A DNA stretch of 61,782 bases from a virus. Taxonomy: Duplodnaviria > Caudoviricetes. The notes beneath the pieces are model-generated. The model made no database searches and was not told the origin of the DNA. It worked only from the letters and a program-made list of their open reading frames with translations. Position 1 is the stretch's first letter, and each line of letters starts with the position of its first letter. The DNA lies in the IMG/VR virus record IMGVR_UViG_3300036785_000389, positions 1 to 61,782 of that record, one strand, 5' to 3'. A program made the position numbers and the translations under genes. Shown piece by piece: positions 37,170 to 47,606 of this stretch.

Positions 37170-40066
37170 TGATAAGCGCCCCGCATTTGCTGCTCGCCAA
37201 GTTCTCCAATCCCTGCGCCAATTGACCCGCCTCTATTCATGGCCTGACGAATTAACGCTCTAATGGCTTCTTTTTCTTTCGGGGCACCTTCGGTTAAACC
37301 TTTTTCGATCCACCGCAACAATCCGGGTGACGTAGCAAGTTTGGTAACAAACTTGTAGTAGGCCCCAAGTACTGCTCGACCTGCAATATTGACCCCTGGA
37401 ATCTTGCCGGTCACTTGCCCGATGATCCGGCCGCCAACAGGGTGCTCGACTTTGGCCATAGCCGACATACTACCGGCTGTGGTTTTTCCTAAGCCACGTC
37501 GCTCGGTCAAAAACTCCATTTCCTTGGCTAGTGTTTGCATCTGCTTGAGAGTGACACCGGGGAACATCAATTGCTGGATTTCCGGCGTTATTTTTTCTAA
37601 TCTCCGCCCTAGGTTCAATCCGCCTTCCAGAACACGCTGCGCATAAATTTGCCGCAGCATGTTAAATTCCTCGGATTTCTCGCCAAACTTGGCACTTGCC
37701 GCAAGGATCAAGTCCTCGGAACCAAGTATTTTTTCGACTGCTTCGCTCGCCCCAACGGTAGGATTGTGCAGAAATCCAAGGGGTTCTGATTTTCGTTCTG
37801 CTTTAAGCCTTGATAACTCCAATCTATGCTCGCCCTGTATTTCACTCATCTCGCGCTTGAGAGTTCCTAGAGGATCGCGCTTTGCCGCAGCTTGCGCTTC
37901 ATCAGCCGCCATGCGGGCGCGAGAAATTACTTGCGTCAACGTGTCGCTTGGTTTGGCGGGAATCGGCAGGCGGCCGTCCAATTGTTCGATAGCCCTCGCC
38001 TGCGCCAAAAGATTTTCTGACGCTTCCTTGCCGTGGACCGTTTCCAACAGATTGGCGCGGTGACGATCCAAAACCTCTCGTACAAACTTGCGCCCATCAA
38101 TAACACCGGGCTGCAACGACTTGCTTGCATCCATCATAGCTTGCGTATCGGCGGCACGAACGCCTGACCACAGATTAGGTCCAACCATGTCACGAACGCG
38201 CCTAATCAAGTCGGTGTGACCTTCCTTGATAAGTACATTGTATAGATTGCGAGGATCGGCTGGCTCACCAGCCTGTAATCCCTTCATCACTGCCTTGATC
38301 TGCTGCGCCTCGAATATGCTGATGTTGTGCCCGTACCACTTATCGACCATATCGAGGAATTTACCAGCCTGCTTTACGGCATCTGGCGCTGCTGGATCGT
38401 GCAACAAAGCATCGATGCGACCGGAAAAGTTCTTTAGCGCCCCATTCTTGAAGTCGGATGACAACGTGTGCCAGTCGGCAGAGCCACGGAACAAGGAACG
38501 TAGATCGTGCAACTGTCCATAGGTTAGTTGTTCCGATGCTTTTATTTCAGGGCTGTAAGCAGGACCGCCAAATCGGGAAATTTCAACATCTTCTTTTTCT
38601 CCCGCCAACTTGGCTAGTTTCTGAACCAAAGACGGATTGCGCGACTTGAACTCGGCAGGAAGTTCATCAAGCATCCGTTGTGCTGGTTCCGACAGGCTTT
38701 CGCTGCTTACGGTGTGTCCAGAGGTCATTTGATCGTAGCGATCATACCAATAGCGAGCGCGTTCCGAGATACCTCGGCGCAGAGCGGTCAATTTGTTGCC
38801 GATATTTTCCCACAGAACGCCGGTATTTCCGTTCGCGTTGGCAACTTTGAATGCGCTTGCGGTGTCGCTTTCAATGTCCTTAAATCCTTGGTCTATAAGC
38901 TTCTGCGCTGCCGCCTGCGACCTCTCTGCCGCCGCTGCGATGGATTCGCGCTGCGCTATGTTTTCCGTTAGTCTAGAACGTGACGCCTCTAGGCGTTGAT
39001 CCAAAACCCTCTGCAATTCTTGATCGGCGGAAGCCGATTCGGCCAATGTTCGTTGCAGAATACGCTCGCCTGTTGTCTGAATAGGTACGGCGGCTCTCTC
39101 TGCTTCCGTAGTCGGACGGCTGACGCCAAGATCGTCCAGAATGCGACTTTTTTCCCGCTCGTAGTAGTCGGTTGACGACTTCTGCATCGGCTTATCGGTA
39201 CGAAAAGCCGGGTCGAATACCTCCGCAACGTTCTGCAAGTGCGGAGATTCGTGCGCCCAAGACGAAGGCGGCACCATGACGCCTTTATCCGCCAACTCGC
39301 GTGCCATCTTCATGCTCTCGGGCTTGGCGCCTAAGAAATAGGAAGCAAAAGTCGGCAGCCCGGCAGACCCTTTAGAAATCGCCGCTTTGGCGGCTGGCGC
39401 GACAGCAGCCACTCCTCTGCCAACACCAGTCCCGATTAGAGCGCTGGCGCCGGCCATTCCCATGGCGGATGCTTCTTCGGTCAGTGAGCGATCATAAATA
39501 CCCGCTAATTGGAGCACGGTGTCATTGAACGTTTGCCCTAGTAACGCACCGCCCACCGCGCCAGGCAATCCACCGCCAACGGCTCCGAGAACCGTCGCCC
39601 CTACAGGTACGGTTGCCGCACCAACTCCTCCGACAATCGAACTAATGCCGCGTCCAGGTTTCCTTAACTTTCCATCGTCCTCGATATAAAGCCCTTCCGG
39701 CCCTTCTTTAACTTTTCCCTTGTAACCGCGCTCCAACGCCCTGCGCTGTTCTTTCTCGTTAACCGCCATGTCGTAGAGCGTTTGCGTCGTAACGTCGATG
39801 CCCTCGTAAGTAGGCTTCTCGCGCAATTTGTTGTCTGGATCGAGATACTGCGCACCTTCCGGCACGTCTGAAAATTCGACTGCCGTCTTGGGCGAGTAGG
39901 GTTTGACACGCGGCTTGCCCTCGGGATCGAGATACTTGCTGCCCGGCTCCAAAGCCTCAAATTCGGATTTTTCCTTGATCTTGGGAATTTCCGGCAGCGT
40001 CATGTGCTCAGAGACGGGTACGGCTCCGACGCCGGAAATATCCAAGGGCAATGCGGTTTCAGCCAT
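37166..40066 (-). CDS. Large internal virion/DNA ejection protein
   Basis: Helical protein with Gly/Ala hydrophobic segments; FEALEPGSKYLDPEG-type repeats; podoviral position. Confidence 0.65.
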   Translation of the reverse strand: MAETALPLDISGVGAVPVSEHMTLPEIPKIKEKSEFEALEPGSKYLDPEGKPRVKPYSPKTAVEFSDVPEGAQYLDPDNKLREKPTYEGIDVTTQTLYDMAVNEKEQRRALERGYKGKVKEGPEGLYIEDDGKLRKPGRGISSIVGGVGAATVPVGATVLGAVGGGLPGAVGGALLGQTFNDTVLQLAGIYDRSLTEEASAMGMAGASALIGTGVGRGVAAVAPAAKAAISKGSAGLPTFASYFLGAKPESMKMARELADKGVMVPPSSWAHESPHLQNVAEVFDPAFRTDKPMQKSSTDYYEREKSRILDDLGVSRPTTEAERAAVPIQTTGERILQRTLAESASADQELQRVLDQRLEASRSRLTENIAQRESIAAAAERSQAAAQKLIDQGFKDIESDTASAFKVANANGNTGVLWENIGNKLTALRRGISERARYWYDRYDQMTSGHTVSSESLSEPAQRMLDELPAEFKSRNPSLVQKLAKLAGEKEDVEISRFGGPAYSPEIKASEQLTYGQLHDLRSLFRGSADWHTLSSDFKNGALKNFSGRIDALLHDPAAPDAVKQAGKFLDMVDKWYGHNISIFEAQQIKAVMKGLQAGEPADPRNLYNVLIKEGHTDLIRRVRDMVGPNLWSGVRAADTQAMMDASKSLQPGVIDGRKFVREVLDRHRANLLETVHGKEASENLLAQARAIEQLDGRLPIPAKPSDTLTQVISRARMAADEAQAAAKRDPLGTLKREMSEIQGEHRLELSRLKAERKSEPLGFLHNPTVGASEAVEKILGSEDLILAASAKFGEKSEEFNMLRQIYAQRVLEGGLNLGRRLEKITPEIQQLMFPGVTLKQMQTLAKEMEFLTERRGLGKTTAGSMSAMAKVEHPVGGRIIGQVTGKIPGVNIAGRAVLGAYYKFVTKLATSPGLLRWIEKGLTEGAPKEKEAIRALIRQAMNRGGSIGAGIGELGEQQMRGAYQ

Positions 40067-41811
40067 CAATGCAGAACTTTCCCGGCAGCCGGGTCATCCC
40101 ACCAGCGATCACCGCTATCGGACTTAGGTTTCTCGCTGCCAGTGCCTTGCCGCTCGCGCAAGCCACGTTTTATTTCTTTGAGCGTGTCCTCAAAGTCTTT
40201 GTAGGCTCGCAACGTGTTAGCCTTGGTATCGCCAACCGCAAGACCGGCTATGATGCCGTTGACCCTAGAAGACTCGCTGCCGAGCGGGCGGCCCTTGGTG
40301 TCGAGCAACAATCGTGGCGCCAACTCCTGCATTTCCAGAACCAGACGTTTGAACTCGGCGCGGTCGGTCTGACTAGACCCAAGCATGTCGGCAATGGCTT
40401 CCGGCGGCCTAGTAAAAATGCCGCCAAGTCCGGTTATCGCGGCGCGCTTCAACAACAGGGCGTCGATTTTCTGAGCAATTCCAAGAGCCATATCGACTTG
40501 GTTTTCCTTGCCCTTCAATTCGTCTAGCCGATTACCGGAAGGGGCCGCTCCCTGCACCTTCAACCGGCGAGATGTTTCGGCACGGAAAGCCGCCACATCT
40601 TCGGGCTTCCAATACGGGTGCTTCGCGTGTTCTTCCTCGACGATGGCGTTGGTATCCTTGGCGCGCATACGGTCGTCGGTTATCAAACCGACGCCGGTCT
40701 TTGACCCTTTAACCTTTTCAATAGCGCGCTCAAGCGCCTGCGCCCTCGGCAATCCCAAGCCGCCTTCATCGGTAGGCTTCATGTACTGGTCCGCAAGGTC
40801 AGCCACCTCGGCATTGGTGCCGCGTCCTGCTGCTCCCGCAGTAGCAATTTCGCGTATCTTTTTGGTTTTCCAGTCAGCGGGCGGCTCGTGGCCGTTTTCC
40901 AGCGAGTATTGCTCAACTGCGCTTTGGTAGGCGTCCTGCTGCATACTGAATTTTCCAGCCATAGAATCGTGAACCACCATAAGGCGGTGCGACATTTTAT
41001 CGGCCGGTTTGGCGTTTGGATTTTGTTCGTCGTATTCCTTCATCTTAGCGGACACGACGCGGCGCTGGGTGTCGAACAAGTCGAATTTCTCCGACGAATC
41101 CCGCATGGCATCGGCAGCCCTGATCTGCGCCGTTTTGGCTTCCAAGTATTCCTTGTCCATCCCGTTTTCGAGCAACATGATGGCCTTGCGGTTGCCAAAT
41201 CTGGCTTCATTGGCAATTTGTGACGCCCGCCATGCGGTAATGTCAGAACTCATCAAGTGCTGGGTGTCGTTGAAAAGCTGCTGCTCCATGTTGAATTGCT
41301 TCTGCACGCGATTGACGTTTTCTTTCCACGCAGCAAAGGCGTGCTCGTAAGCCTTCTCGTCGCTTGCCGATATTGCGTTGTTGACGGCGGCACCCGCGTT
41401 GAGAGCGGAAGTCAAGGGCGTCTTGGTCGCCAGCGAAGCGAACATGGCGAATATCATGCCGGCCGAACCAAACGATTCCATGGGGCCGGTGGTACGCTTG
41501 GCCTTCTCTTTATCTGCATCCCAGGCAGGCGGCATGGCGCCCGCCGCGTATTGCTCGCGCTGGAACGCTTGCTCCATTTGTTGACGGTCGTATTCAACTC
41601 GCGTCTCCATGGTCCGCGCATTGGCGTCGGCAACAGTTGCTTCTTTCCGCTTTAGACCGGCAAGATCGCTCATAATGCCGCGATCTTTTTGGGTAATGCC
41701 GCCAGGATCAGGAGCTTCGTCTAGAACCGGGGCCTGCTTGGCAACGGGCGTCTTAGGATCGGCGTCGCCCGAATCACCCATGATCGTTTCGTTGCCGCCG
41801 AGCATCGTCAT
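40066..41811 (-). CDS. Internal virion/ejection protein
   Basis: Helical A/E/K-rich; position in module. Confidence 0.6.
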   Translation of the reverse strand: MTMLGGNETIMGDSGDADPKTPVAKQAPVLDEAPDPGGITQKDRGIMSDLAGLKRKEATVADANARTMETRVEYDRQQMEQAFQREQYAAGAMPPAWDADKEKAKRTTGPMESFGSAGMIFAMFASLATKTPLTSALNAGAAVNNAISASDEKAYEHAFAAWKENVNRVQKQFNMEQQLFNDTQHLMSSDITAWRASQIANEARFGNRKAIMLLENGMDKEYLEAKTAQIRAADAMRDSSEKFDLFDTQRRVVSAKMKEYDEQNPNAKPADKMSHRLMVVHDSMAGKFSMQQDAYQSAVEQYSLENGHEPPADWKTKKIREIATAGAAGRGTNAEVADLADQYMKPTDEGGLGLPRAQALERAIEKVKGSKTGVGLITDDRMRAKDTNAIVEEEHAKHPYWKPEDVAAFRAETSRRLKVQGAAPSGNRLDELKGKENQVDMALGIAQKIDALLLKRAAITGLGGIFTRPPEAIADMLGSSQTDRAEFKRLVLEMQELAPRLLLDTKGRPLGSESSRVNGIIAGLAVGDTKANTLRAYKDFEDTLKEIKRGLRERQGTGSEKPKSDSGDRWWDDPAAGKVLH

Positions 41812-42041
41812 GCGCTTATTCCGACTGTCCAATCCTTTGATCCGGGTCCTCGCACAAATTCATATACTTCTTTATTGCGCCACCCAGTTAAATTAAAGAT
41901 TGTCGGTATCTTAAACAAATGATCTTCATCTACCTCGACATTTAACCAGTTGTAAAAAATAAATTCTTCCTGCTTTGGCTCAGGCATACGCGCCTTGTAC
42001 CAAGTCGGAAATAACGAGCTAAAAACTGTCTCTGGTTCCAT
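41808..42041 (-). CDS. AT-rich small ORF within the ejection genes
   Basis: Coupled at both ends; aromatic-rich. Confidence 0.5.
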   Translation of the reverse strand: MEPETVFSSLFPTWYKARMPEPKQEEFIFYNWLNVEVDEDHLFKIPTIFNLTGWRNKEVYEFVRGPGSKDWTVGISA

Positions 42042-43105
42042 TATGCCAGCTTCAATTGAACCGTGTTAGCAGCACCCTTGCCGCTTAGAGACGCGGCGAA
42101 CGAGGCTATTGAGTTCATCAGGTTGGTGTTGTCCTGTCGGTCCATGTTGGTGAGCAACGTGTAAAGCTGAGTTGACAGGCCGGTTTCGTTCAAGCCGGTC
42201 TGCATCATCTGTATCTGCGCCTGTGCCATGGCGCCTACCGCATTGGTGTCAACCGCGTTCAACTCCTGCGCCAACGCACTATTCTGGCTCGGATCGGTGG
42301 ACATTCCGTTTTTGGCGTGATTGGCAGTAATTCGTGCCTTTTCCGCCGCAGTAGCGTTCGCGAGCTGCTGTTGCAAAGCCGGCGGCAATGTGCCATTCGC
42401 CAGATAAGATTGAAGTTGCTGGCCTTGCGCCGCCAACTGCTGCGCTTGCGCCGACATTTGCTGCTGGTTGGGACTTTGGGTGTTTCTGTTTGTAAGCGCC
42501 AATCCAAGCCCGACGCCAGCCGCACCGATACCGAGCGGATTGGAAGTTACAGATTTTTGTGCTCCGCTCAGAACGGAATTAAGGAACCCACCGCTTTCAC
42601 TTGTCGCTCCGCCAGCGGCATCACCCGCCGCCGCTCCGACGCTCGACGCGCCTCCAGGAGCGCCTATTGGGCCGGCAGGCCACGCCGCAGTATCCAAAGG
42701 AGACGGTCCCGCCCCGGATATGATGCCGGGAGCCGCTGTGGCTCTATCAATTGCGGCAATACCGGGCGAATCGGAAAACGCACTGCCTTCTGATGCCAAT
42801 CCTAACGCTCCTCCGCCAGCAACATCGGCCGCCGCCGTGCCACCAAGAACGCCGCCAGCGTCGGCTGCTAATCCAGCCCCCGCGCCAGCCGCCGTTGCCT
42901 CTCCTGCTCCGAACAAACCGCCAGCACCGCCAAAGAGACCGCCAGCACCGAACCCGGCCCCGCCCAGCAAGGCCGGAGCGCCAAACGCGGCAAACGGCGC
43001 GGCAACAGCCGCAAGTTCAAGTGGCAAGTCCTGCTGCCAATGGGCCGTCAGGTCATGCCCAAGATTGCCAAAATTTCCTTCAAACACGTCGGTCAGGAAC
43101 GACAT
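42041..43105 (-). CDS. Gly/Ala-rich ejection (pilot-like) protein
   Basis: GA-rich hydrophobic N-half, Q-rich C-half. Confidence 0.65.
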   Translation of the reverse strand: MSFLTDVFEGNFGNLGHDLTAHWQQDLPLELAAVAAPFAAFGAPALLGGAGFGAGGLFGGAGGLFGAGEATAAGAGAGLAADAGGVLGGTAAADVAGGGALGLASEGSAFSDSPGIAAIDRATAAPGIISGAGPSPLDTAAWPAGPIGAPGGASSVGAAAGDAAGGATSESGGFLNSVLSGAQKSVTSNPLGIGAAGVGLGLALTNRNTQSPNQQQMSAQAQQLAAQGQQLQSYLANGTLPPALQQQLANATAAEKARITANHAKNGMSTDPSQNSALAQELNAVDTNAVGAMAQAQIQMMQTGLNETGLSTQLYTLLTNMDRQDNTNLMNSIASFAASLSGKGAANTVQLKLA

Positions 43106-43106
43106 T

Positions 43107-43589
43107 TTACAGCCTCACGAACTTTTCCTCGCGGGTGAATACTCGTTTCTCGCACTTCTTGACGACGGTTTCATGCGGAACATCGCTATTATTCTCGACG
43201 ATGATGGTGCCGGCGCTTTGCTGTCTCGCCCAACGCATGATGTTGGTATAAAATTCTGCCGCTTCGTCCACATGCGCGGGATTGGCCGGGTCCATGGCCC
43301 AAACGAAATGCTCTCGCACCACCGGAGCAGGTATCAACGTGTGACCGCGCTCGACCTGACACAGCGCAACAGAATGGGGCATGTAAAGAAACAGAAACTC
43401 GTTGGAATAGACGATTCCGCGAAGCCACCCGGCCATCTGTTGTTCGTTAAGATGGCGATAGACCTTTGCCAGTCTATTCAGTATCCATCCGCCATGCTGT
43501 GACAAATCGGGAAGTTCAAACCGACGCGGATAGGTTCTCTCCCGGTCACGAACCGGATTGAGGACTTCGGCGGTCGCTGTCTGTGCCAT
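43107..43589 (-). CDS. GNAT-like virion assembly protein
   Basis: RRFELPDL..REHFVW..FYTNIMRWAR; position typical of podoviral acetyltransferase-like genes. Confidence 0.45.
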   Translation of the reverse strand: MAQTATAEVLNPVRDRERTYPRRFELPDLSQHGGWILNRLAKVYRHLNEQQMAGWLRGIVYSNEFLFLYMPHSVALCQVERGHTLIPAPVVREHFVWAMDPANPAHVDEAAEFYTNIMRWARQQSAGTIIVENNSDVPHETVVKKCEKRVFTREEKFVRL

Positions 43590-43596
43590 TGGACTA

Positions 43597-43935
43597 TTAT
43601 CCTATCCCCAATTGTGAGGCCGCTATACTATGCTCAACGAAGTTACTCTGCAACCATTGAGCCGTGTTCTCCTGATCCGACCAGTCTAGATAGGACAGGT
43701 CATTACTCTGGATATTTAGAACACTGTCCATCTGCTCGTGCATGATCCTGTGCTGATCTACCCATCCGCCCATGTCGCTTGGATCGAAGGGATCGAGCAC
43801 AAACTCCTGTAGGTTCTTTCCCTTGGTTTCGAAGATGCGCCGCAGTATATCTCGATGATGCGCTGCATGACCAAACGACCAGACGGCAAAATCATCTGGT
43901 GTTCTAGGATATGTCTGTAGCAACCCAATCGACAT
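43597..43935 (-). CDS. His-rich hypothetical structural protein
   Basis: WSFGHAAHH..WVDQHRIMH..FVEH. Confidence 0.6.
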   Translation of the reverse strand: MSIGLLQTYPRTPDDFAVWSFGHAAHHRDILRRIFETKGKNLQEFVLDPFDPSDMGGWVDQHRIMHEQMDSVLNIQSNDLSYLDWSDQENTAQWLQSNFVEHSIAASQLGIG

Positions 43936-43936
43936 A

Positions 43937-45922
43937 TCATCCCCTATAGTCGTGCGGATCGGCGTCTATGATCGACGAGATAAACTGCATATCAGGAGAA
44001 TTGGTTTTCATGGTCAGTCCAAGGAATTGTCCGATTTGTCCTATTGCTTGCGGCGGAGATAGAAAATATCCGGTCGATGCTGGCCCGGCAATCGTATAAG
44101 TGGTCGCCCCAAAACCCGCTTGATTGTCGATCGTAAGTTTCAAATCAGGCGTCACCGTGCTGTTGTAGTTGGCGGCAAGCCACGCTCGACCATTAGCCTT
44201 GGTGAATATATAGCTTCCCGGCTCATCCCATAGCCGAGACGAAGCGCGTTTCTCAAATCCACTCGATGCCGTAGAGAACATAGGAGATACAATAGTTCCG
44301 TCAGTGCCGTAAGCAGTAAGTTGCGAGTTGATTTCCTGCGCTCGAATATAGGTCAGGGTGATGTCCTGTTCGGAAGTCCACCACTTCTTTCCGCCGTCCC
44401 ACATGAACACTTTATTGACAGTACTGCCGGTCACTGGATCGACAATCTTGACAAGAACCATCCATACCTTACGTCCGAAGATGGTCGCCTTAGCAGAACT
44501 GAGTTGCAATCCGCCAAAGTTGCTGACGGTATTGAATATCCCATCTAGCATTTGGCTGACCTTGCGGACATCTGCTCCGAGACAGACTTGTACTCCGAAC
44601 GAATTGGCAAAAAGAATGTTTCGTCCGAATACCTCTACCGACATAGGAAACGGCGTTCCTACTTCTGGATCGGCGTTAAGATTGGTGAACGTCGTGGTCG
44701 GCGGAGAACCGGAAGTCTGCACACCGGAAATATAGTCAACCGACGAGTCTCCGATGAGATAAAGGAACCCGTTGGCCGCGATCAACTGGATATAGGAAAC
44801 CTTCAAGTTCGAGCTGCTAGACGTAAAGTTACCGCCACCATTAGAAGTAGAGAAGTCTGTAATAGAACCGGGAGAGGTGAACTGGATTAACGGTCCGTTC
44901 GCAACCCAAACATGCCCTTGGTAAGTTTCGACGGCCGTTCCTTGCACTCCGAACGGCATCAAATTCAGGTTGATCGACGCCTGAACTGCTGTGTCGGTGA
45001 TTAATATCGTTCCTGTCGTTCCTGTCGTTAAACCACTACCTCGGAACGTAATGCTAGTGCCGGTAATCGATCCGCTGGTTAGAATAGGAAGTATCGCTGG
45101 ACCTATTTGCCCCGGCGATAACGGTCCAAAAACAAGAGACGTATTAGGCCCATAGAGGCTACCAGAAGCGGCAATAGTCAAAGAAACGAGAGTGCCGCCC
45201 GACACTGAAGATGTGATCGATCCTCCGCTGCCGCCGACCGGAACAGGCGTCACTACGCCATAAACAGTATCGTTGACGCTGTATCCCGAACCCGCACTGA
45301 CAATCGATACGTTCGTCACTCGCCCTGCCACTACCGAGCCGGTCAAACTGACGCCGTGACCGTAACCACCAACCGCCGTGATTGTGATAGGCGCTGTGTA
45401 CCCGGAACCACCGTTAGCAATAGTCGCGACCGGAGAAATAGAACCGGCGGTCGAGACGTTGACGCCATCCCAAGTCCAATACCCATTGGTCTGATTAGCG
45501 ACAATGATAAGGTATTGCTGGCCCCATTGCGTCAATCCACAATTGAGAATTGATGGTGATGTGATCGAACCCGCATTTAGAAGATGAGTAACCGCTGTAG
45601 TAGAAACATTGACAGCATCTACCGCACCGTTCGCCAGAAAAACAATCATGTACGGCGTAGAACCGATATTGATGAAGTCGTAGAAAACAACGGTTGTGCC
45701 AGACGCGGTGTAAAGTGTTGAACCGACGCCGTAGAGCGTGCGAGCATTACGCGCATCAAGCGGCATGAATCCGTCAAGCCAATAAGCCTGAGCGTCAGGA
45801 ATGCCAGCACGAGTTGTCGATTGGTTTATTCCAGCAAATTGCTCGAAAATAAGCGGCTTAAACCCGGTAGGAAGAAACGGGTCCTGTTGCTGATCTGGAG
45901 GAGGAGAAGCTTGGATGGGCAT
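43937..45922 (-). CDS. Tail nozzle/DNA-stabilisation (P22 gp10-like) protein with inserted GSGY domains
   Basis: FAGIN, YQGHVWV..IQFT beta-propeller-like strands; position after the adaptors. Confidence 0.65.
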   Translation of the reverse strand: MPIQASPPPDQQQDPFLPTGFKPLIFEQFAGINQSTTRAGIPDAQAYWLDGFMPLDARNARTLYGVGSTLYTASGTTVVFYDFINIGSTPYMIVFLANGAVDAVNVSTTAVTHLLNAGSITSPSILNCGLTQWGQQYLIIVANQTNGYWTWDGVNVSTAGSISPVATIANGGSGYTAPITITAVGGYGHGVSLTGSVVAGRVTNVSIVSAGSGYSVNDTVYGVVTPVPVGGSGGSITSSVSGGTLVSLTIAASGSLYGPNTSLVFGPLSPGQIGPAILPILTSGSITGTSITFRGSGLTTGTTGTILITDTAVQASINLNLMPFGVQGTAVETYQGHVWVANGPLIQFTSPGSITDFSTSNGGGNFTSSSSNLKVSYIQLIAANGFLYLIGDSSVDYISGVQTSGSPPTTTFTNLNADPEVGTPFPMSVEVFGRNILFANSFGVQVCLGADVRKVSQMLDGIFNTVSNFGGLQLSSAKATIFGRKVWMVLVKIVDPVTGSTVNKVFMWDGGKKWWTSEQDITLTYIRAQEINSQLTAYGTDGTIVSPMFSTASSGFEKRASSRLWDEPGSYIFTKANGRAWLAANYNSTVTPDLKLTIDNQAGFGATTYTIAGPASTGYFLSPPQAIGQIGQFLGLTMKTNSPDMQFISSIIDADPHDYRG

Positions 45923-46854
45923 TAGAACCGCCCATAAGGATTTACTCCGCGACCGACACGCGCGTAGCTACTGTATCCTAGACACATTTTCTCAAATAAA
46001 TCCAAATAAAACTTGGCTACGTTGTAATTCTGGATCGAGAGCATCCCAAGATGGCACGCCATGTATGTAATGGCATCAGTCCAAGGATCGGGGATTGCTT
46101 CTTCGCTTAGATTTGTAATCAATGGTGCCGGTATGCAGAAGCAATCCAACTCGTACTGATAAATTTGTGATGGCAACGGATAGACGTAGAAACTTCCGTT
46201 CACACCCTGCCCGTACTGCGAAGCAAACGTAGGAACGTAAGTATATTGGAACGGGTACTGGCGTATCATCGACTGATAAACGCTGAAAGAGTAAACCGGC
46301 AACGAATAGCGATAATTTGCGTAGATGATTGAAATGGATTTCACCGCATAGACAGATTCACAGCCAGGATTACGCGACAAGTCAATCCCTGAAAACTGAT
46401 AAACTTCCTGGTTAGGGTTCAACTGATTGAAAGTCTGCACTTGCAACGTCACTCTCGCGCCGGTCCCGGTCGAATCTGTGATCGACGCTTGCGGCTGGAA
46501 ATATCCATCACCACCATAATTTATATCGACTCCAGAGATCGTTCCAGATTGAGAAAATGCCGTTCCAGTTGCTTGGGCACCACCCGGATTAGCGCCTTGT
46601 CCGCTTGGAAAATCTGGCGGCGTTATAGTGACAGTCGGAGTGGCGCTGTATCCAGAGCCGGGAGCTGTGACACTGGCCGTAATAACCGGACCAGAAATAG
46701 GCGTAAGAACACGAACGCATTGCGTTCGCATTGCTACTTCTCGTCGCGCGCGATTAATGAACGAGATCAAAGTTGACGGACTGATCTCGGACTGCCTCTG
46801 CTCGCGCAAAAGGCGCTGAGTGTCCATAAGGTAGTCGTTGAGTGATGCTGGCAT
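45922..46854 (-). CDS. Head-tail adaptor-like paralog 3 (with GSGY insert)
   Basis: YLMDTQRLL..FINRAR..QCVR; YPLP..YELDCFCIP..IPDPWTDA. Confidence 0.7.
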   Translation of the reverse strand: MPASLNDYLMDTQRLLREQRQSEISPSTLISFINRARREVAMRTQCVRVLTPISGPVITASVTAPGSGYSATPTVTITPPDFPSGQGANPGGAQATGTAFSQSGTISGVDINYGGDGYFQPQASITDSTGTGARVTLQVQTFNQLNPNQEVYQFSGIDLSRNPGCESVYAVKSISIIYANYRYSLPVYSFSVYQSMIRQYPFQYTYVPTFASQYGQGVNGSFYVYPLPSQIYQYELDCFCIPAPLITNLSEEAIPDPWTDAITYMACHLGMLSIQNYNVAKFYLDLFEKMCLGYSSYARVGRGVNPYGRF

Positions 46855-47606
46855 TATCCCGCTCCGTTTCCAGTAGCCCGGTTGACAACGCCAAGCTTGT
46901 TGATAACGGCAGGGTCTTGCGATTGTTGGTATAGATGTGTGTTGGTGCTCGGATTGGAGAATTGCCGCGCTCTCTGCATAAACGTCGTGTAGAGATTGAA
47001 CATGCGCTTCGCATCGTCTTGTCGAACGCCGTAAGACAAGAAAGCCAAGTACGCTGCAAAATAAGGAACAGCATCAGTCCACAAATATGGAATAGTCTCA
47101 TTGGTGCTGGAAAAATCCAGAGCGGATGGATAGCAGACGCAATCTAGAACAAGAGAGTAAGCAAAATCAGGGATTGGATTTAGTATAAAACTTCCGCTCG
47201 CCGTTGAATTTGTTCCAGTCCCGGCCGAGCCTTGTTTGTACTGCGCCCACTCTGTCGGAGGCCCAGAATCAGGAACCGGGTTATTTAGGTAATAAAGGTT
47301 AAACCACTCAAATCCATGTGGCTCTATGAATTGCGCTCCTTGCCCAACCAAATAATTTATCAAACGGACATGGATAACGCCGCCAATACCAGGTGCGCTA
47401 ATATTGATGTCAGAGAAATTATAAACCCTGTTCCCTACTACAGTAGGAAGGGTTCCAACCACACGAATACATTCGCCTTCACCCGCCACCTGACCGCGCG
47501 CCGTATTGACATAATCCACCAAATCGCCCGTATCCAACGTGTCCTGCTTTGCGTCATGCAAGAGACGTTGCGTTTGCTTCAAATATGGAAGAATAACTTG
47601 CGCCAT
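46854..47606 (-). CDS. Head-tail adaptor-like paralog 2
   Basis: YVNTARGQVAGEGECIR; LDCVCYP..IPYLWTDAVPYFAAY. Confidence 0.7.
   Translation of the reverse strand: MAQVILPYLKQTQRLLHDAKQDTLDTGDLVDYVNTARGQVAGEGECIRVVGTLPTVVGNRVYNFSDINISAPGIGGVIHVRLINYLVGQGAQFIEPHGFEWFNLYYLNNPVPDSGPPTEWAQYKQGSAGTGTNSTASGSFILNPIPDFAYSLVLDCVCYPSALDFSSTNETIPYLWTDAVPYFAAYLAFLSYGVRQDDAKRMFNLYTTFMQRARQFSNPSTNTHLYQQSQDPAVINKLGVVNRATGNGAG

Noticed and set aside
42468-43502. 344-aa Pro/Ala-rich + strand ORF
   Set aside because: Antisense shadow of the Gly/Ala-rich ejection gene
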